A stretch of DNA of 64,000 nt from an uncultured Blautia sp. (GCA_900539145.1 UQAX01000009.1:8035-72034); one strand, 5' to 3'. Positions 28,985-39,585 are shown, counted from the first letter of the stretch. Program-made: numbers and translations. The notes: generated by a model not told the origin, from the sequence alone.

Positions 28985-29737
28985 ATGGCAGGGATTTGTT
29001 TTCTTTTAGGATTTGTCAGTGTGTTGTATTTTCTGGGGATTTGGAGGATGACGGGATTATCTTCTAAGTTTCCGCTGGTATGGCTGTTGTTTGGCAGCGG
29101 ATTTTTTCTGGCAGGAAGCTGTATTTATTTTGAAATAGAAATTCCGGTATGGTTAAGTGTTTTAACAGGGATTTTTGTAGGGGGATTTTTGCTGTTATTG
29201 GCGTTTACGGAGTATTTGATTATCAGCGCCATGAGACAAGAAGAAGTGAAAAATCTGGATTATATTGTGGTGTTGGGAGCGCAGGTAAACGGAAGGATAC
29301 CCAGCAAATCTTTGCAGTATCGCATTGACAGAGCAGAGAAATATTTACGTGAAAATGAAAAGACGAAGACTGTTCTTTCAGGCGGAAAAGGGGAGGACGA
29401 GGAGATTTCGGAAGCCCAATGTATGGCAGAAGAGCTTGAAAGAAAAGGTGTTGCATCCGGTCGTATGCTTTTAGAAGCCAAATCCAGAAACACAGAGCAG
29501 AATATTGCGTTTACCGTGCCAATTATTCAGCAGGACAGTAAAAAGGTTTTAAAGGAGTTGAAAATCGGAATTGTTACCAATGGATTTCATGTCTATCGGG
29601 GCAGCAGGATTGCTCAAAAGAAAATGCAGTGCAAGGTTTATGGAAGTTCAGCAAAGAACTCTCGATTTTTACAGGCAAATTACTTGCTGCGGGAATTTTT
29701 TGGTGTAATGAAGGACAGACTGGTGGGAAATTTGTAG
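28985..29737 (+). CDS. YdcF/ElyC/SanA family protein (DUF218) with N-terminal TM helices
   Basis: 250 aa. The DUF218 core YIVVLGAQVNG…PSKSLQYRIDRA…GGKGEDEE…SRNTEQN is present. AGGAG ribosome-binding site. Confidence 0.7.
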   Translation: MAGICFLLGFVSVLYFLGIWRMTGLSSKFPLVWLLFGSGFFLAGSCIYFEIEIPVWLSVLTGIFVGGFLLLLAFTEYLIISAMRQEEVKNLDYIVVLGAQVNGRIPSKSLQYRIDRAEKYLRENEKTKTVLSGGKGEDEEISEAQCMAEELERKGVASGRMLLEAKSRNTEQNIAFTVPIIQQDSKKVLKELKIGIVTNGFHVYRGSRIAQKKMQCKVYGSSAKNSRFLQANYLLREFFGVMKDRLVGNL

Positions 29738-29746
29738 AAAAAGAGG

Positions 29747-29781
29747 TTGACAAATAAAAGATATAGGATATATTATGTGGA
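29747..29781 (+). promoter_or_regulatory. promoter TTGACA-N18-TATTAT for the thrS leader
   Basis: Consensus -35 hexamer and a good -10 hexamer directly upstream of the T-box leader. Confidence 0.6.
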
Positions 29782-29787
29782 TAGAAA

Positions 29788-30045
29788 GAGAACACGTTGA
29801 CGAGACGAGTAAAATGTGAAAGGTCACAGAGAGGAGTGTGTATGCTGAAAGCACTCTGTCACGGAAGCATTTGAAAACTACCTCTGAGTGGCCCTAATCC
29901 GGTCCGGTAATTCCGTTATCATTAAATGAAGTGGTTAGTAAAGCATTCGCTTTTAACAAAAAGGGTGGAACCGCGGATAATTGTGAGAATAATCCGTCCC
30001 TTGCAGTCAGAAACAGGCAGCAGGGGACGGAGTTTTTTTATATTT
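29788..30045 (+). promoter_or_regulatory. T-box riboswitch leader (tRNA-Thr responsive) of thrS
   Basis: The conserved T-box sequence AAAAAGGGTGGAACCGCGG is at about 29955-29976. A stem I region contains GAAAACUACC (Thr codon ACU/ACC). The terminator hairpin ccgtcccttgcagtc…gcagcaggggacgg is followed by TTTTTTT at 30031-30037. Confidence 0.8.
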
Positions 30046-30085
30046 ATCACTCCTTTCCTGCAAAAAGAAAGAGAGGAGAATGAAA

Positions 30086-32062
30086 ATGATTGTTACATTA
30101 AAAGATGGTTCAAAAAAAGAGTACGCTGAAAGCAAGTCTGTATATGAAATTGCGCTGGATATCAGCGAAGGTCTTGCAAGAGCAGCCTGTGCAGGTGAAG
30201 TAAACGGAGAAGTAGTAGATTTAAGAACACAGGTGTCAGAAGATTGTGAATTAAACATTTTAACAGCAAATGATGAAAAAGGTCTGGCAGCGCTTCGTCA
30301 TACAGCATCTCATGTATTGGCTGAGGCTGTGAAAAATTTATATCCGGAAGCAAAGCTGGCAATCGGACCTTCTATTGACACAGGATTTTATTATGACTTT
30401 GACCATGAGTCTTTCAGCCGTGAGGAATTAGATGCACTGGAAAAAGAAATGAAGAAAATCATCAAAAAAGGTGCAAAGATTGAGCGTTATACAATGCCAA
30501 GAGAAGAAGCCATCAAATTCATGGAAGAAAAAGGCGAGAATTATAAGGTAGAGCTGATTAAAGATTTACCGGAAGGAGAAGAAATTTCCTTCTATTCTCA
30601 GGGAGATTTTGTAGACTTATGTGCAGGACCTCACTTAATGAGTACAAAGGGCGTAAAAGCATTTAAGCTGATTTCTTCTTCAGGTGCTTATTGGAGAGGC
30701 GATGAAAAGAACAAAATGCTTTCCCGTATTTACGGTACAGCCTTTGGCAAAAAAGATGAATTAAACGAATATTTAGAGCAGTTAGAAGAAGCGAAAAAGA
30801 GAGACCACAATAAATTAGGTCGTGAAATGGGCTTATTCACAACTGTTGATGTTATCGGACAGGGACTTCCGCTTTTAATGCCAAAAGGCGTGATTATGCT
30901 GAAAGAGCTTCAGAGATGGATTGAAGATTTGGAAGATAATGAATGGGGCTATGTTCGTACAAAAACACCGTTAATGGCAAAAAGTGATTTGTATAAAATT
31001 TCAGGTCACTGGGATCATTATAAAGAAGGTATGTTTGTACTGGGCGATGAGGAAACGGACAAAGAAGTATTTGCTCTGCGTCCAATGACTTGCCCATTCC
31101 AGTATTATGTGTATAAAGCAAATCAGCATTCTTACAGAGAACTGCCTATCCGTTACGGTGAGACTTCTACATTGTTCAGAAACGAAGACTCCGGTGAAAT
31201 GCACGGTCTGACAAGAGTTCGTCAGTTTACTATTTCAGAAGGCCATTTAGTTGTAAGACCGGATCAGATGGTAGAAGAATTTAAAGGCTGTCTAGCACTG
31301 GCAAAACATTGTCTGGAAACATTAGGCGTAGCAGAGGATGTTACTTACCATTTATCAAAATGGGATCCGGAAAACAAAGAAAAATATATCGGTGAACAGG
31401 AGGTTTGGGAAGAAACAGAAGGTCATATCAGAAATATTCTGACAGAGCTTGGTGTTCCTTTTGTGGAAGATGTGGGAGAAGCTGCTTTCTACGGACCAAA
31501 AGTAGATATCAACGCAAAGAACGTATATGGAAAAGAAGATACCATGATTACCATTCAGTGGGATGCGCTTTTGGCAGAGCAGTTTGATATGTATTACATT
31601 GATGAAAACGGAGATAAGAAACGTCCGTATATTATTCACAGAACTTCTATGGGATGCTATGAAAGAACACTGGCATGGCTGATTGAGAAATATGCCGGAT
31701 TATTCCCAACATGGCTGTGTCCGGAACAGGTTCGTGTACTTCCTATTTCTGAGAAATACGGAGATTATGCAAATGAAGTTCAGAAACAGTTAAAAGCTAA
31801 CGGAATTCGTTCCAGCGTGGATAATCGTTCTGAAAAAATCGGTTATAAAATTAGAGAAGCACGTCTTGAAAAAGTTCCTTATATGCTGGTTGTGGGAGCA
31901 AAAGAGGAAGAGGATAAAGTTGTTTCTGTAAGAAGCCGTTATTTAGGGGATGAAGGACAGAAACCATTATCTGAATTTATTGATGCAATCTGCAAGGAAA
32001 TCCGTACAAAGGAAATCCGTAAAATCGAAGTAGATGCTCAGGGGAACAGAATTGAAAAATAG
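30086..32062 (+). CDS. thrS: threonine--tRNA ligase
   Basis: About 658 aa. It has a TGS/editing N-terminus, the class II core (…FRNEDSGEMHGLTRVRQFT…) and an anticodon-binding C-terminus. I chose ATG 30086 (MIVTLKDG, as in E. coli MPVITLPDG) because GAGGAG lies 8 nt upstream. Confidence 0.9.
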   Translation: MIVTLKDGSKKEYAESKSVYEIALDISEGLARAACAGEVNGEVVDLRTQVSEDCELNILTANDEKGLAALRHTASHVLAEAVKNLYPEAKLAIGPSIDTGFYYDFDHESFSREELDALEKEMKKIIKKGAKIERYTMPREEAIKFMEEKGENYKVELIKDLPEGEEISFYSQGDFVDLCAGPHLMSTKGVKAFKLISSSGAYWRGDEKNKMLSRIYGTAFGKKDELNEYLEQLEEAKKRDHNKLGREMGLFTTVDVIGQGLPLLMPKGVIMLKELQRWIEDLEDNEWGYVRTKTPLMAKSDLYKISGHWDHYKEGMFVLGDEETDKEVFALRPMTCPFQYYVYKANQHSYRELPIRYGETSTLFRNEDSGEMHGLTRVRQFTISEGHLVVRPDQMVEEFKGCLALAKHCLETLGVAEDVTYHLSKWDPENKEKYIGEQEVWEETEGHIRNILTELGVPFVEDVGEAAFYGPKVDINAKNVYGKEDTMITIQWDALLAEQFDMYYIDENGDKKRPYIIHRTSMGCYERTLAWLIEKYAGLFPTWLCPEQVRVLPISEKYGDYANEVQKQLKANGIRSSVDNRSEKIGYKIREARLEKVPYMLVVGAKEEEDKVVSVRSRYLGDEGQKPLSEFIDAICKEIRTKEIRKIEVDAQGNRIEK

Positions 32063-32125
32063 AGTATAGAATTGCAGAAAAGGAAAATACTATCACTGAT
32101 AAATTAAAATTCAGGAGGTAGTAAG

Positions 32126-32443
32126 ATGCCATTATTAAATTGTACTGTTAAGAACTGTTTGTATAACAAAGATGAGTATTGTGCAAAAGGCGATATTCTG
32201 GTAGACGGAAGAACTGCAAAGATGTCCGAGGGCACATCCTGTAAAAGCTTTGTGGAAAAAAGAGAAAGCGCAAGCAATAGCTGTGGATGCGGTAGTGCAA
32301 CTCCTCATATTCAGGTAGAGTGCAAGGCTTGTGAATGTACTTTTAACAAAGATGAAAGATGCGACGCAGAAGAAATCACCATCGCAGGAAGAAATGCGTG
32401 CAAATGTTCAGAAACAGAATGTGGAAGCTTCTGTGCAAAATAA
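32126..32443 (+). CDS. DUF1540 domain protein (two Cys-rich repeats)
   Basis: 105 aa with two repeats of the C..C.YN…C…I..G..A…T.C.SF pattern. AGGAGG ribosome-binding site. Confidence 0.65.
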   Translation: MPLLNCTVKNCLYNKDEYCAKGDILVDGRTAKMSEGTSCKSFVEKRESASNSCGCGSATPHIQVECKACECTFNKDERCDAEEITIAGRNACKCSETECGSFCAK

Positions 32444-32465
32444 ACAGTAGAATAGCTTTAAAAAG

Positions 32466-32506
32466 ACAGCCGGTATGGAGAAAAATCTATACCGGCTTTT
32501 TTTCGC
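32466..32506 (+). terminator. rho-independent terminator
   Basis: The stem agccggtat / ataccggct is followed by TTTTTTT. Confidence 0.75.
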
Positions 32507-32665
32507 CAACAAATACTTTGCAAATTTCGAAAAAGTATGTTATGCTAATAACGTATCAGTACGGATTTTGAAAATTTCAAGATTTAAAATCAGGTCAATT
32601 CAGACAAAATATTTCCAAATAACTAATAATTGAAGAAAAGGTATAAGTTCGGAAAGGAATATAGA

Positions 32666-34021
32666 ATGAGAGAAAAATATGAGTCCCTGTCACTTGGAGC
32701 ATTAAAGGAAGTGGCAAAAGCCAGAGGCTTAAAAGGAATTTCCACATTGAAAAAAAGTGAGCTGGTAGAGCGTATGGTAGAAGAAGACCAGAAAGAGAAA
32801 AGTATGGAAAATAAAACAGTTGAAACAAAGAGCGCAGAAAATAAAACGGAAGAAGCAAAAAGCTCCAGAGCGCCGATGGAGCAGTCTGAATTAGACAGCG
32901 GTATTACGGTAAAGGGAATTTTAGAGGTATTGCCTGACGGTTACGGATTTATCCGAAGCGATAATTATCTGCCGGGAGAAAATGATGTGTATGTGTCACC
33001 GTCTCAAATTCGCCGTTTTAATTTGAAAACAGGAGATATTTTAAAAGGAAATACAAGAGTAAAAAGTCAGAATGAGAAATTTTCAGCGCTTTTATATGTT
33101 ACACATATTAACGACATCAAAGCCAATGAAATACATCGTATGAACTTTGAAGATATGACTCCGATTTTCCCAAATGAGCGTCTGCATTTGGAACGTCCGG
33201 GCGGAAGTATGGCTATGCGTATTACGGATTTGGTGAGCCCTATCGGAAAAGGACAGAGGGGAATGATTGTATCTCCTCCAAAAGCAGGTAAGACAACACT
33301 TTTAAAGGATGCGGCGAAGTCCATTTTAAAGAATAATCCGGAAATGCACCTGATTATCCTGTTAATCGATGAACGTCCGGAGGAAGTTACCGATATCAAA
33401 GAAGCAATTAAGGGCAAAAATGTAGAGATTATTTATTCTACATTTGATGAGCTTCCGGAGCACCATAAACGTGTGTCTGAGATGACCATTGAAAGGGCAA
33501 AACGTTTGGTAGAACATAAAAAAGATGTTACGATTTTCATAGACAGTATTACCAGACTGGCAAGAGCCTACAACCTGACAGTGCCGCCAAGCGGACGTAC
33601 TTTGTCCGGTGGTCTTGATCCGGCAGCGCTTCACATGCCAAAGAGATTTTTCGGTGCGGCAAGAAATATGAGAGAGGGCGGAAGCCTTACTATTTTGGCA
33701 ACAGCGCTTGTAGATACAGGCAGCAAGATGGATGATGTGGTATACGAAGAATTTAAAGGAACGGGCAACATGGAGCTGGTTCTTGACAGAAAGCTTCAGG
33801 AAAAGAGAGTTTTTCCCGCTATTGATATTGCCAAATCAGGGACAAGGCGTGAAGACCTGCTTTTAACTGCTGAGGAACAGGAAGCAGTGGACATTATGCG
33901 TAAGGCATTAAACGGCATGAAGAGCGAAGAAGCCACAGAAAACATCTTAAATATGTTTGCCAGAACAAAAGATAATGCGGAATTTGTTCAGACAATCAAA
34001 AAACAACGAATTCTTTCATAA
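32666..34021 (+). CDS. rho: transcription termination factor Rho
   Basis: About 451 aa. It has the N-terminal RNA-binding domain, Walker A (SPPKAGKTT), the Q and R loops and a RecA-like core. I preferred ATG 32666 over the upstream TTG. The leader is about 110 nt from a TTGCAA-N17-TATGCT promoter. Confidence 0.9.
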   Translation: MREKYESLSLGALKEVAKARGLKGISTLKKSELVERMVEEDQKEKSMENKTVETKSAENKTEEAKSSRAPMEQSELDSGITVKGILEVLPDGYGFIRSDNYLPGENDVYVSPSQIRRFNLKTGDILKGNTRVKSQNEKFSALLYVTHINDIKANEIHRMNFEDMTPIFPNERLHLERPGGSMAMRITDLVSPIGKGQRGMIVSPPKAGKTTLLKDAAKSILKNNPEMHLIILLIDERPEEVTDIKEAIKGKNVEIIYSTFDELPEHHKRVSEMTIERAKRLVEHKKDVTIFIDSITRLARAYNLTVPPSGRTLSGGLDPAALHMPKRFFGAARNMREGGSLTILATALVDTGSKMDDVVYEEFKGTGNMELVLDRKLQEKRVFPAIDIAKSGTRREDLLLTAEEQEAVDIMRKALNGMKSEEATENILNMFARTKDNAEFVQTIKKQRILS

Positions 34022-34147
34022 AGAATAAAGGATTTCGGGAATAACACTTGCAATTATTATGAGAATATGATATACTGCAAAAGCTGTTTGAATTTGAAAA
34101 CGCAATAAAACAATATAAATAATAAAAATATATAAGAGGTGAATAAA

Positions 34148-34351
34148 ATGAGAGAAGGAATCCATCCAAATTATCAGGAATGTACAGTAACATGCAACTG
34201 TGGAAATACATTTAAGACAGGTTCTACAAAGTCTGAGCTCCGCGTGGAAGTTTGCTCTAAATGTCATCCTTTCTATACAGGACAGCAGAAAGCTGCACAG
34301 GCTCGTGGACGTATTGATAAATTTAATAAGAAATACGGCATGAATAAATAA
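34148..34351 (+). CDS. rpmE: 50S ribosomal protein L31
   Basis: 67 aa starting MREGIHPNY… with the CxxC…CxxC zinc ribbon. AAGAGGTG lies 6 nt upstream. Confidence 0.9.
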   Translation: MREGIHPNYQECTVTCNCGNTFKTGSTKSELRVEVCSKCHPFYTGQQKAAQARGRIDKFNKKYGMNK

Positions 34352-34360
34352 GAGGTAGGA

Positions 34361-34398
34361 GAGGCTGAGGTTTTACAACTTCAGCCTCTTATTGTGTT
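34361..34398 (+). terminator. rho-independent terminator after rpmE
   Basis: The stem gaggctga / tcagcctc is followed by a T-rich tract. Confidence 0.6.
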
Positions 34399-34409
34399 TG
34401 GAGGAAAAC

Positions 34410-35387
34410 ATGAAATCATCAAACATTGGCGGACAGGCTGTAATGGAAGGAATTATGATGCGCCATAAGGACGTATATTCTGTTGCAGTCAGAAAGCCGG
34501 ATAAAGAAATAGAGGTAAAGGTTGAAGACTATAAAAGCGTTGTAAAATGCAAGAGTCTTCAGAAGCTTCCTATTCTGCGAGGCGTTTTTAGCTTTATTGA
34601 CTCTCTGGTGGTAGGAACAAAATGCCTGATGTACTCTGCCACTTTTTTTGAAGATGAGGAAGATTTGAAAAAGAGAGAGCAGCTGGAAGGGGAAGAAAAG
34701 GAAAAAGAGCTGGCAAAAAAAGAAAAAGCAGATAAAGCTCTGATGACCGGAACGGTTATTTTGTCTGTTGTGCTGTCTGTGGGATTGTTTATCGTTTTGC
34801 CGTATTTGTTGGCAAGTCTGCTTCGGAATATAGGCGTTTCCGAAACAGGGGTAACATTGGCAGAGGCAGGAGTGCGAATTGCTCTGTTTTTAGCCTATAT
34901 GCTGTTGATTTCCAAAATGCAGGATATACAGAGAGTCTTTATGTATCACGGAGCAGAACATAAATGTATTAACTGTGTGGAGCATGGTCTTCCGCTGAAT
35001 GTAGAAAATGTTATGAAAAGCTCCAGATTTCATAAGAGATGCGGAACCAGCTTTTTGTTTTTTGTTATTATTATCAGTATTATTTTCTTTTTGGGATTTT
35101 TTGCAGTGGTTCCAATAAAAACTATGTGGCTTCGTGTGCTGGTTCGTATTTTACTGGTTCCGGTTATTGCAGGAGTTTCTTATGAGGTTATCCGATTGGC
35201 AGGAAACAGCGATAATTCCATTGTGGCGTTTTTTTCAAAACCGGGTATGGCGCTTCAGAAGCTTACAACAAAAGAACCTACACCGGACATGGCTGAGGTG
35301 GCAATTCAGGCAGTGGAAGCGGTGTTCGACTGGAAAGCATATCTAAGAGAGAACTTTCCTGATGTGAAAATAGACGAGGAATGTTGA
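34410..35387 (+). CDS. DUF1385 domain membrane protein (YqhQ-like)
   Basis: About 325 aa. The conserved N-terminus IGGQAVMEGIMMR and the HGAEHK motif are present. GGAGGA ribosome-binding site. It lies upstream of prmC, as is common in Clostridia. Confidence 0.7.
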   Translation: MKSSNIGGQAVMEGIMMRHKDVYSVAVRKPDKEIEVKVEDYKSVVKCKSLQKLPILRGVFSFIDSLVVGTKCLMYSATFFEDEEDLKKREQLEGEEKEKELAKKEKADKALMTGTVILSVVLSVGLFIVLPYLLASLLRNIGVSETGVTLAEAGVRIALFLAYMLLISKMQDIQRVFMYHGAEHKCINCVEHGLPLNVENVMKSSRFHKRCGTSFLFFVIIISIIFFLGFFAVVPIKTMWLRVLVRILLVPVIAGVSYEVIRLAGNSDNSIVAFFSKPGMALQKLTTKEPTPDMAEVAIQAVEAVFDWKAYLRENFPDVKIDEEC

Positions 35388-36244
35388 TGAAGACATACAA
35401 AGACGCTTTAGAGTATGGAAAACAAAGACTTTTGGAATGTAAAATAGAAGATGCAAAGCTGGATGCCTGGCTTCTTTTAGAGCATGTATCAGGGATATCC
35501 AGAAGCTGGTATTTTGTGCACGAGGATGACGAAATCAGTCAGGAGGATATGGAAAAGTATCAAAGGCTGATTGAACAGAGAGGAAAACATATTCCTCTGC
35601 AACAGCTTACCAAGGAAGCTTATTTTTACGGAATGAAATTTTTTGTAAACGAAAATGTACTCATTCCAAGACAGGATACAGAAATTTTGGTAGAACAGGT
35701 TTTAAATTTGTCAAAAGGAAGAGAAAATCTGAAGCTTTTGGATATGTGTACGGGAAGCGGCTGTATTTTATTGGCATTGCTGGCAAATTTAAAAAAAGCG
35801 TCAGGAACAGGCGTGGATTTATCTGAAAAAGCTCTTGAAGTGGCACAGAGAAACGGCAGAGAGCTTGAAATAGAAGCCTCTTGGGTACAGAGCAATTTGT
35901 TTGACAAAGTATCGGGGACTTATGATATCATCGTTTCAAATCCGCCGTATATTGAAACTGCTGTTATTGAAGGGCTGATGGACGAGGTAAAGCTGTATGA
36001 ACCCCGTATGGCGCTGGACGGTACAGAGGACGGACTGTTCTTTTACAGGGAAATTACAGCGCAGGCAGGAAAATATCTGAACCACAACGGGATATTGGCT
36101 TTTGAAATCGGTTACAACCAGGGAAAAGCAGTATCGGAATTTATGAAAAAGAATGGATATGAGGAAGTTCAGGTTTTGCAGGATTTAGCAGGGCTTGACA
36201 GAGTAGTAACAGGACGAATAAAGAAGGAGGAACAACATGTTTGA
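35381..36244 (+). CDS. prmC: peptide chain release factor N(5)-glutamine methyltransferase
   Basis: 287 aa with the SAM motif [10 protein letters not shown] and the catalytic NPPY (VSNPPYI). The start is 35381 or 35387, overlapping the previous stop. Confidence 0.85.
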   Translation: MLMKTYKDALEYGKQRLLECKIEDAKLDAWLLLEHVSGISRSWYFVHEDDEISQEDMEKYQRLIEQRGKHIPLQQLTKEAYFYGMKFFVNENVLIPRQDTEILVEQVLNLSKGRENLKLLDMCTGSGCILLALLANLKKASGTGVDLSEKALEVAQRNGRELEIEASWVQSNLFDKVSGTYDIIVSNPPYIETAVIEGLMDEVKLYEPRMALDGTEDGLFFYREITAQAGKYLNHNGILAFEIGYNQGKAVSEFMKKNGYEEVQVLQDLAGLDRVVTGRIKKEEQHV

Positions 36245-37313
36245 TAAATTAGAGGACATCTTAGTCCGCCTTGAAGAAATTTTAAATGAGTTAAATGAGC
36301 CCACTGTGGCAAATGATACAACAAGATTTCAGAAGCTCATGAAAGAGCAGAGTGAGTTGCAGCCTATTGCAGATGCTTATACAGAGTATAAAAACTGCAA
36401 GGAAACCGTAGAGGACAGCTTGATGCTGCTTAATGAAGAGTCTGATGAAGAAATGCGTGAAATGTTAAAAGAGGAGCTTTCTGATGCGAAAAAGCGTATT
36501 GAAGAATTAGAACAGGAGCTGAAAATTCTTCTTTTACCAAAGGACCCTAATGATGATAAAAACGTTATCGTGGAAATCAGAGCGGGAGCAGGCGGTGATG
36601 AAGCAGCTTTGTTTGCGGCTGAGATTTACAGAATGTATGTAAAATATGCGGAGTCTCAGAACTGGAGAACAGAGATGTTAAGCTTAAATGAAAACGGAAT
36701 TGGCGGTTTCAAGGAAGTGACATTCATGATTAACGGACAGGGCGCTTATTCCAAGCTGAAATATGAAAGTGGTGTACATCGTGTACAGCGTGTGCCGGAA
36801 ACAGAAAGCGGCGGACGTATTCATACTTCTACAATTACGGTTGCAATTATGCCGGAAGCAGAGGAAATTGACTTTGAACTGGACTTAAATGACTGTAAGT
36901 TTGACGTTTTCAGGGCATCCGGAAATGGTGGTCAGTGTGTCAATACCACAGACTCCGCAGTGCGTCTGACACATATTCCTACGGGAATTGTAATTTCCTG
37001 TCAGGATGAGAAATCACAGTTAAAGAATAAGGATAAAGCCTTAAAGGTACTGCGTTCCCGTTTGTATGATATGGAGCTTCAGAAACGTCATGATGCAGAA
37101 GCAGAGGCAAGAAGAAGTCAGGTAGGGACAGGCGACCGTTCTGAAAAAATCAGAACTTATAACTTCCCGCAGGGACGTGTGACAGACCATAGAATTAAGC
37201 TGACACTTCATAAGCTGGACAGTATTATGAATGGTGATATTCAGGAGATTATTGATAACCTGATTGCAGCAGACCAGGCTATACGCTTAAGCGGCTTAGA
37301 AAAAGATGCCTAA
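36237..37313 (+). CDS. prfA: peptide chain release factor 1
   Basis: 358 aa with the GGQ motif ([11 protein letters not shown]) and the PxT-context region. It overlaps the prmC end. Confidence 0.9.
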   Translation: MFDKLEDILVRLEEILNELNEPTVANDTTRFQKLMKEQSELQPIADAYTEYKNCKETVEDSLMLLNEESDEEMREMLKEELSDAKKRIEELEQELKILLLPKDPNDDKNVIVEIRAGAGGDEAALFAAEIYRMYVKYAESQNWRTEMLSLNENGIGGFKEVTFMINGQGAYSKLKYESGVHRVQRVPETESGGRIHTSTITVAIMPEAEEIDFELDLNDCKFDVFRASGNGGQCVNTTDSAVRLTHIPTGIVISCQDEKSQLKNKDKALKVLRSRLYDMELQKRHDAEAEARRSQVGTGDRSEKIRTYNFPQGRVTDHRIKLTLHKLDSIMNGDIQEIIDNLIAADQAIRLSGLEKDA

Positions 37314-37375
37314 AACCCCTTGATTTTACTGGATTTGTGGGAAAGTAGGGTATTCTGTATTTTGTAAAAAATGGG

Positions 37376-37424
37376 ATAGAAATCGGTCTTACAGATGAAA
37401 ATGTAGCCGATTTCTATTTTTTTG
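37376..37424 (+). terminator. rho-independent terminator after prfA
   Basis: The stem atagaaatcgg / ccgatttctat is followed by TTTTTTT. Confidence 0.7.
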
Positions 37425-37507
37425 CAATTCAAAGACACATTAATAGCCCTAAAAATCACCCATTTATACACTAATAGCCCCATAGAAACACACCCTAAAA
37501 TCTGATA

Positions 37508-37536
37508 TTGGCATCTCTGCTCCTCAGAGTTATAAT
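37508..37536 (+). promoter_or_regulatory. promoter TTGGCA-N17-TATAAT
   Basis: Near-consensus hexamers. A second promoter, TTGACT-N18-TATAAT, follows at 37574-37603. Confidence 0.5.
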
Positions 37537-37637
37537 GTCAGACAATCCAATGGTGTTAGCCGGCTCATTGCCTTTGACTGAACTCATTGGAAACTGTTAT
37601 AATATATCAAAGATTATTTAAAGAAGGAAGTGTTGTT

Positions 37638-37817
37638 ATGTGTGATGTAAAGAAATATGAAAAATTATATCAAGAAATAGAAAAATTACAACCAGAAGAT
37701 ACATTACAACTTGTACTAGAGGCTGAAACAGAAGAACAAAAGGAGTTCTATGAAATGGTCGGAGATTTCTTACTTCAGAAAAAACAGAAAGAAGTAATTG
37801 AAAGGAAACTGTTTTGA
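37638..37817 (+). CDS. small hypothetical protein (59 aa)
   Basis: ATG sits after AGGAAGTG. The protein is acidic and helical (MCDVKKYEKLYQEIEKLQPEDTLQLVLEAETEEQKEF…). It lies downstream of two strong promoters. Confidence 0.3.
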   Translation: MCDVKKYEKLYQEIEKLQPEDTLQLVLEAETEEQKEFYEMVGDFLLQKKQKEVIERKLF

Positions 37818-37916
37818 TAAAGAGATACATTATGATTTAAGGAGAAAGAGTTTGCATAATAATTGAACAAACTGTATTGGAAGGACTATGCAAAGTAAGT
37901 AAAGAGGTATTTAAGT

Positions 37917-38096
37917 ATGACGAAAGTAGCCAGATTATATGAGGAAGAAAGGGTAGAAGCAGTAAATAAGCGTACTCTTGAAATTGCAGAAAATCTTGTT
38001 AAAGCAGGGGCAGATATGCTTATGATTATGAAAGGTACTGGCTTAACCAGAGAACAAATTGAAGAAATACATAACAACATGCTGACAACAAAATAG
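37917..38096 (+). CDS. small DUF4351-like protein (59 aa; resembles the C-terminal tail of Rpn/YhgA-like transposases)
   Basis: ATG sits after AAGAGGT. The sequence MTKVARLYEEERVEAVNKRTLEIAENLVKAGADMLMIMKGTGLTREQIEEI matches the …IAKxLLxxGxxxxxIxxxTGLSxEEIxxL pattern. It is not in the ORF track because it is under 60 aa. Confidence 0.35.
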   Translation: MTKVARLYEEERVEAVNKRTLEIAENLVKAGADMLMIMKGTGLTREQIEEIHNNMLTTK

Positions 38097-38236
38097 GATA
38101 TTAAGAGCAGGCTGCTATTTATTGCAAGATATTTAGTAGCCTTTTCAGCACTTTAGAAGAAAGTTTTGTCAAAGCAATTCATTTATTTTTATCCATTATT
38201 ATAGATGAGAAAATAAAAGGTGAAGGAAACTTTATT

Positions 38237-38821
38237 ATGAAAGAGACATATTTTGAAGGACAAGTAATTCGGGAGAAAAAAATTCAAAGCGAAACAATGG
38301 AATACTTCAAGTTTATAGACTGCGATTTTGAAAATTGTAGTTTTGAAGATTGTAAAATTATAAATTGTACCTTTGTAAATTGTAAATTTTACAATTGTAA
38401 TATTGTAAGTCTAAGTGCTCAATATTCAGAAATCAAAAATGCGGAATTTAAAAAATGCAATTTGATAGGGATACACTGGGGCGGACTTCTTCCATCCGGA
38501 AAATACGCCCGTGCTCTTGAAAAAATAGAAAATTGTTATTTGAAATACAATACCTTTAGTGATATGAATTTGAAAAAATTTGATTTTTCCGGTAATATCA
38601 TACAGGAAAGCTTGTTTGATGAATGTGATTTGAAGGAAAGCAATTTTAAAAGTTGCCGATTAGAGGAAACGCAAATTCATAACAGCGATATTCGTAAAGC
38701 AGATTTTAGAGATAGCAGGGGATATATCATTGATATACCTTCTAATAAACTGAAACAGGCGAAATTTTCTTATCCGGAGGTGGTTTCATTGCTGGATAGT
38801 TTAGAGATAGAAATTGATTAA
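38237..38821 (+). CDS. pentapeptide repeat protein (Qnr-like)
   Basis: 194 aa with tandem A(D/N)LxX-type pentapeptides (CDFENCSFEDCKIINCTFVNCKFYNCNI…). AAGGTGAAGGAAAC ribosome-binding site. Confidence 0.7.
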   Translation: MKETYFEGQVIREKKIQSETMEYFKFIDCDFENCSFEDCKIINCTFVNCKFYNCNIVSLSAQYSEIKNAEFKKCNLIGIHWGGLLPSGKYARALEKIENCYLKYNTFSDMNLKKFDFSGNIIQESLFDECDLKESNFKSCRLEETQIHNSDIRKADFRDSRGYIIDIPSNKLKQAKFSYPEVVSLLDSLEIEID

Positions 38822-38889
38822 ATGAATTTTATGATAAGATGAATGATATAATAATAAATTTGTAGTTCATTATAAGCGGAGAAATAAAA

Positions 38890-39585
38890 ATGGCATCAAT
38901 ATTAGTTTTAGAAGACGAAGACAGCGTAAACAGAGGAATTGAATTTTCCCTGTCCAGAGAAGGATATGAGGTTTCCAGCGCAAAGAGCATACAGGAGGGC
39001 TGGGAATTATTTTTGGCACATCCTTTTGAAATGATTATCTGTGATATTAATTTACCGGACGGAAACGGATTGGACTTTATCAGAAAAGTGCGTGAAAAAA
39101 GCAACGTATATATCATTTGTCTCACTGCCTTAGACCAAGAATTTGATCAGGTTATGGGATATGAAGCGGGAGCGGACGACTATGTGACAAAGCCGTTTAG
39201 CTTGTCGGTATTATTGCTGAAGGTGAATGTGTTTTTCAAAAGAACGGAAAAGAAGCGGGCAGAGCTTCTGGAGTCTGGAGAATGGAGCTTTTCCATTGAT
39301 GAAATGACGGCAAAGAGACGGGACAGTGAGGAAAATATAGAATTTACAAAGAATGAGTGGAAGATGCTGAAATTATTTTTAGATAATCCAAAGCAGATTT
39401 TATCAAAAAACCAGATTTTACAAGGTATTTTTGATTTAGACGGAGAGTTTGTAGACGAAAATACCGTGGCAGTAAATATCCGCAGACTCAGAGAAAAAAT
39501 AGAAGAAAATCCGGGTAAGCCGGAGTATATTCGCAATGTAAGAGGACTTGGCTATATATGGAACAAGGAATGTATCAAGAGATAG
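38890..39585 (+). CDS. OmpR-family response regulator
   Basis: 231 aa. The receiver has the DD/D/K residues (ILVLEDED…MIICDINLPDGNG) and the C-terminus is a winged-helix (…VRGLGYIW). Confidence 0.85.
   Translation: MASILVLEDEDSVNRGIEFSLSREGYEVSSAKSIQEGWELFLAHPFEMIICDINLPDGNGLDFIRKVREKSNVYIICLTALDQEFDQVMGYEAGADDYVTKPFSLSVLLLKVNVFFKRTEKKRAELLESGEWSFSIDEMTAKRRDSEENIEFTKNEWKMLKLFLDNPKQILSKNQILQGIFDLDGEFVDENTVAVNIRRLREKIEENPGKPEYIRNVRGLGYIWNKECIKR

Noticed and set aside
34410-37313. Gene order prmC-prfA preceded by DUF1385 as a possible rearrangement
   Set aside because: This order (DUF1385, prmC, then prfA) appears to be a normal Clostridia arrangement downstream of rho-rpmE and is not an anomaly. 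I cannot verify that without a database.
37431-37500. Short direct repeats TAATAGCCC…ACACCCTAAAA between prfA and the small ORFs
   Set aside because: Only two imperfect copies exist. That is too weak to call a repeat feature, so it is mentioned only in passing under the promoter finding.
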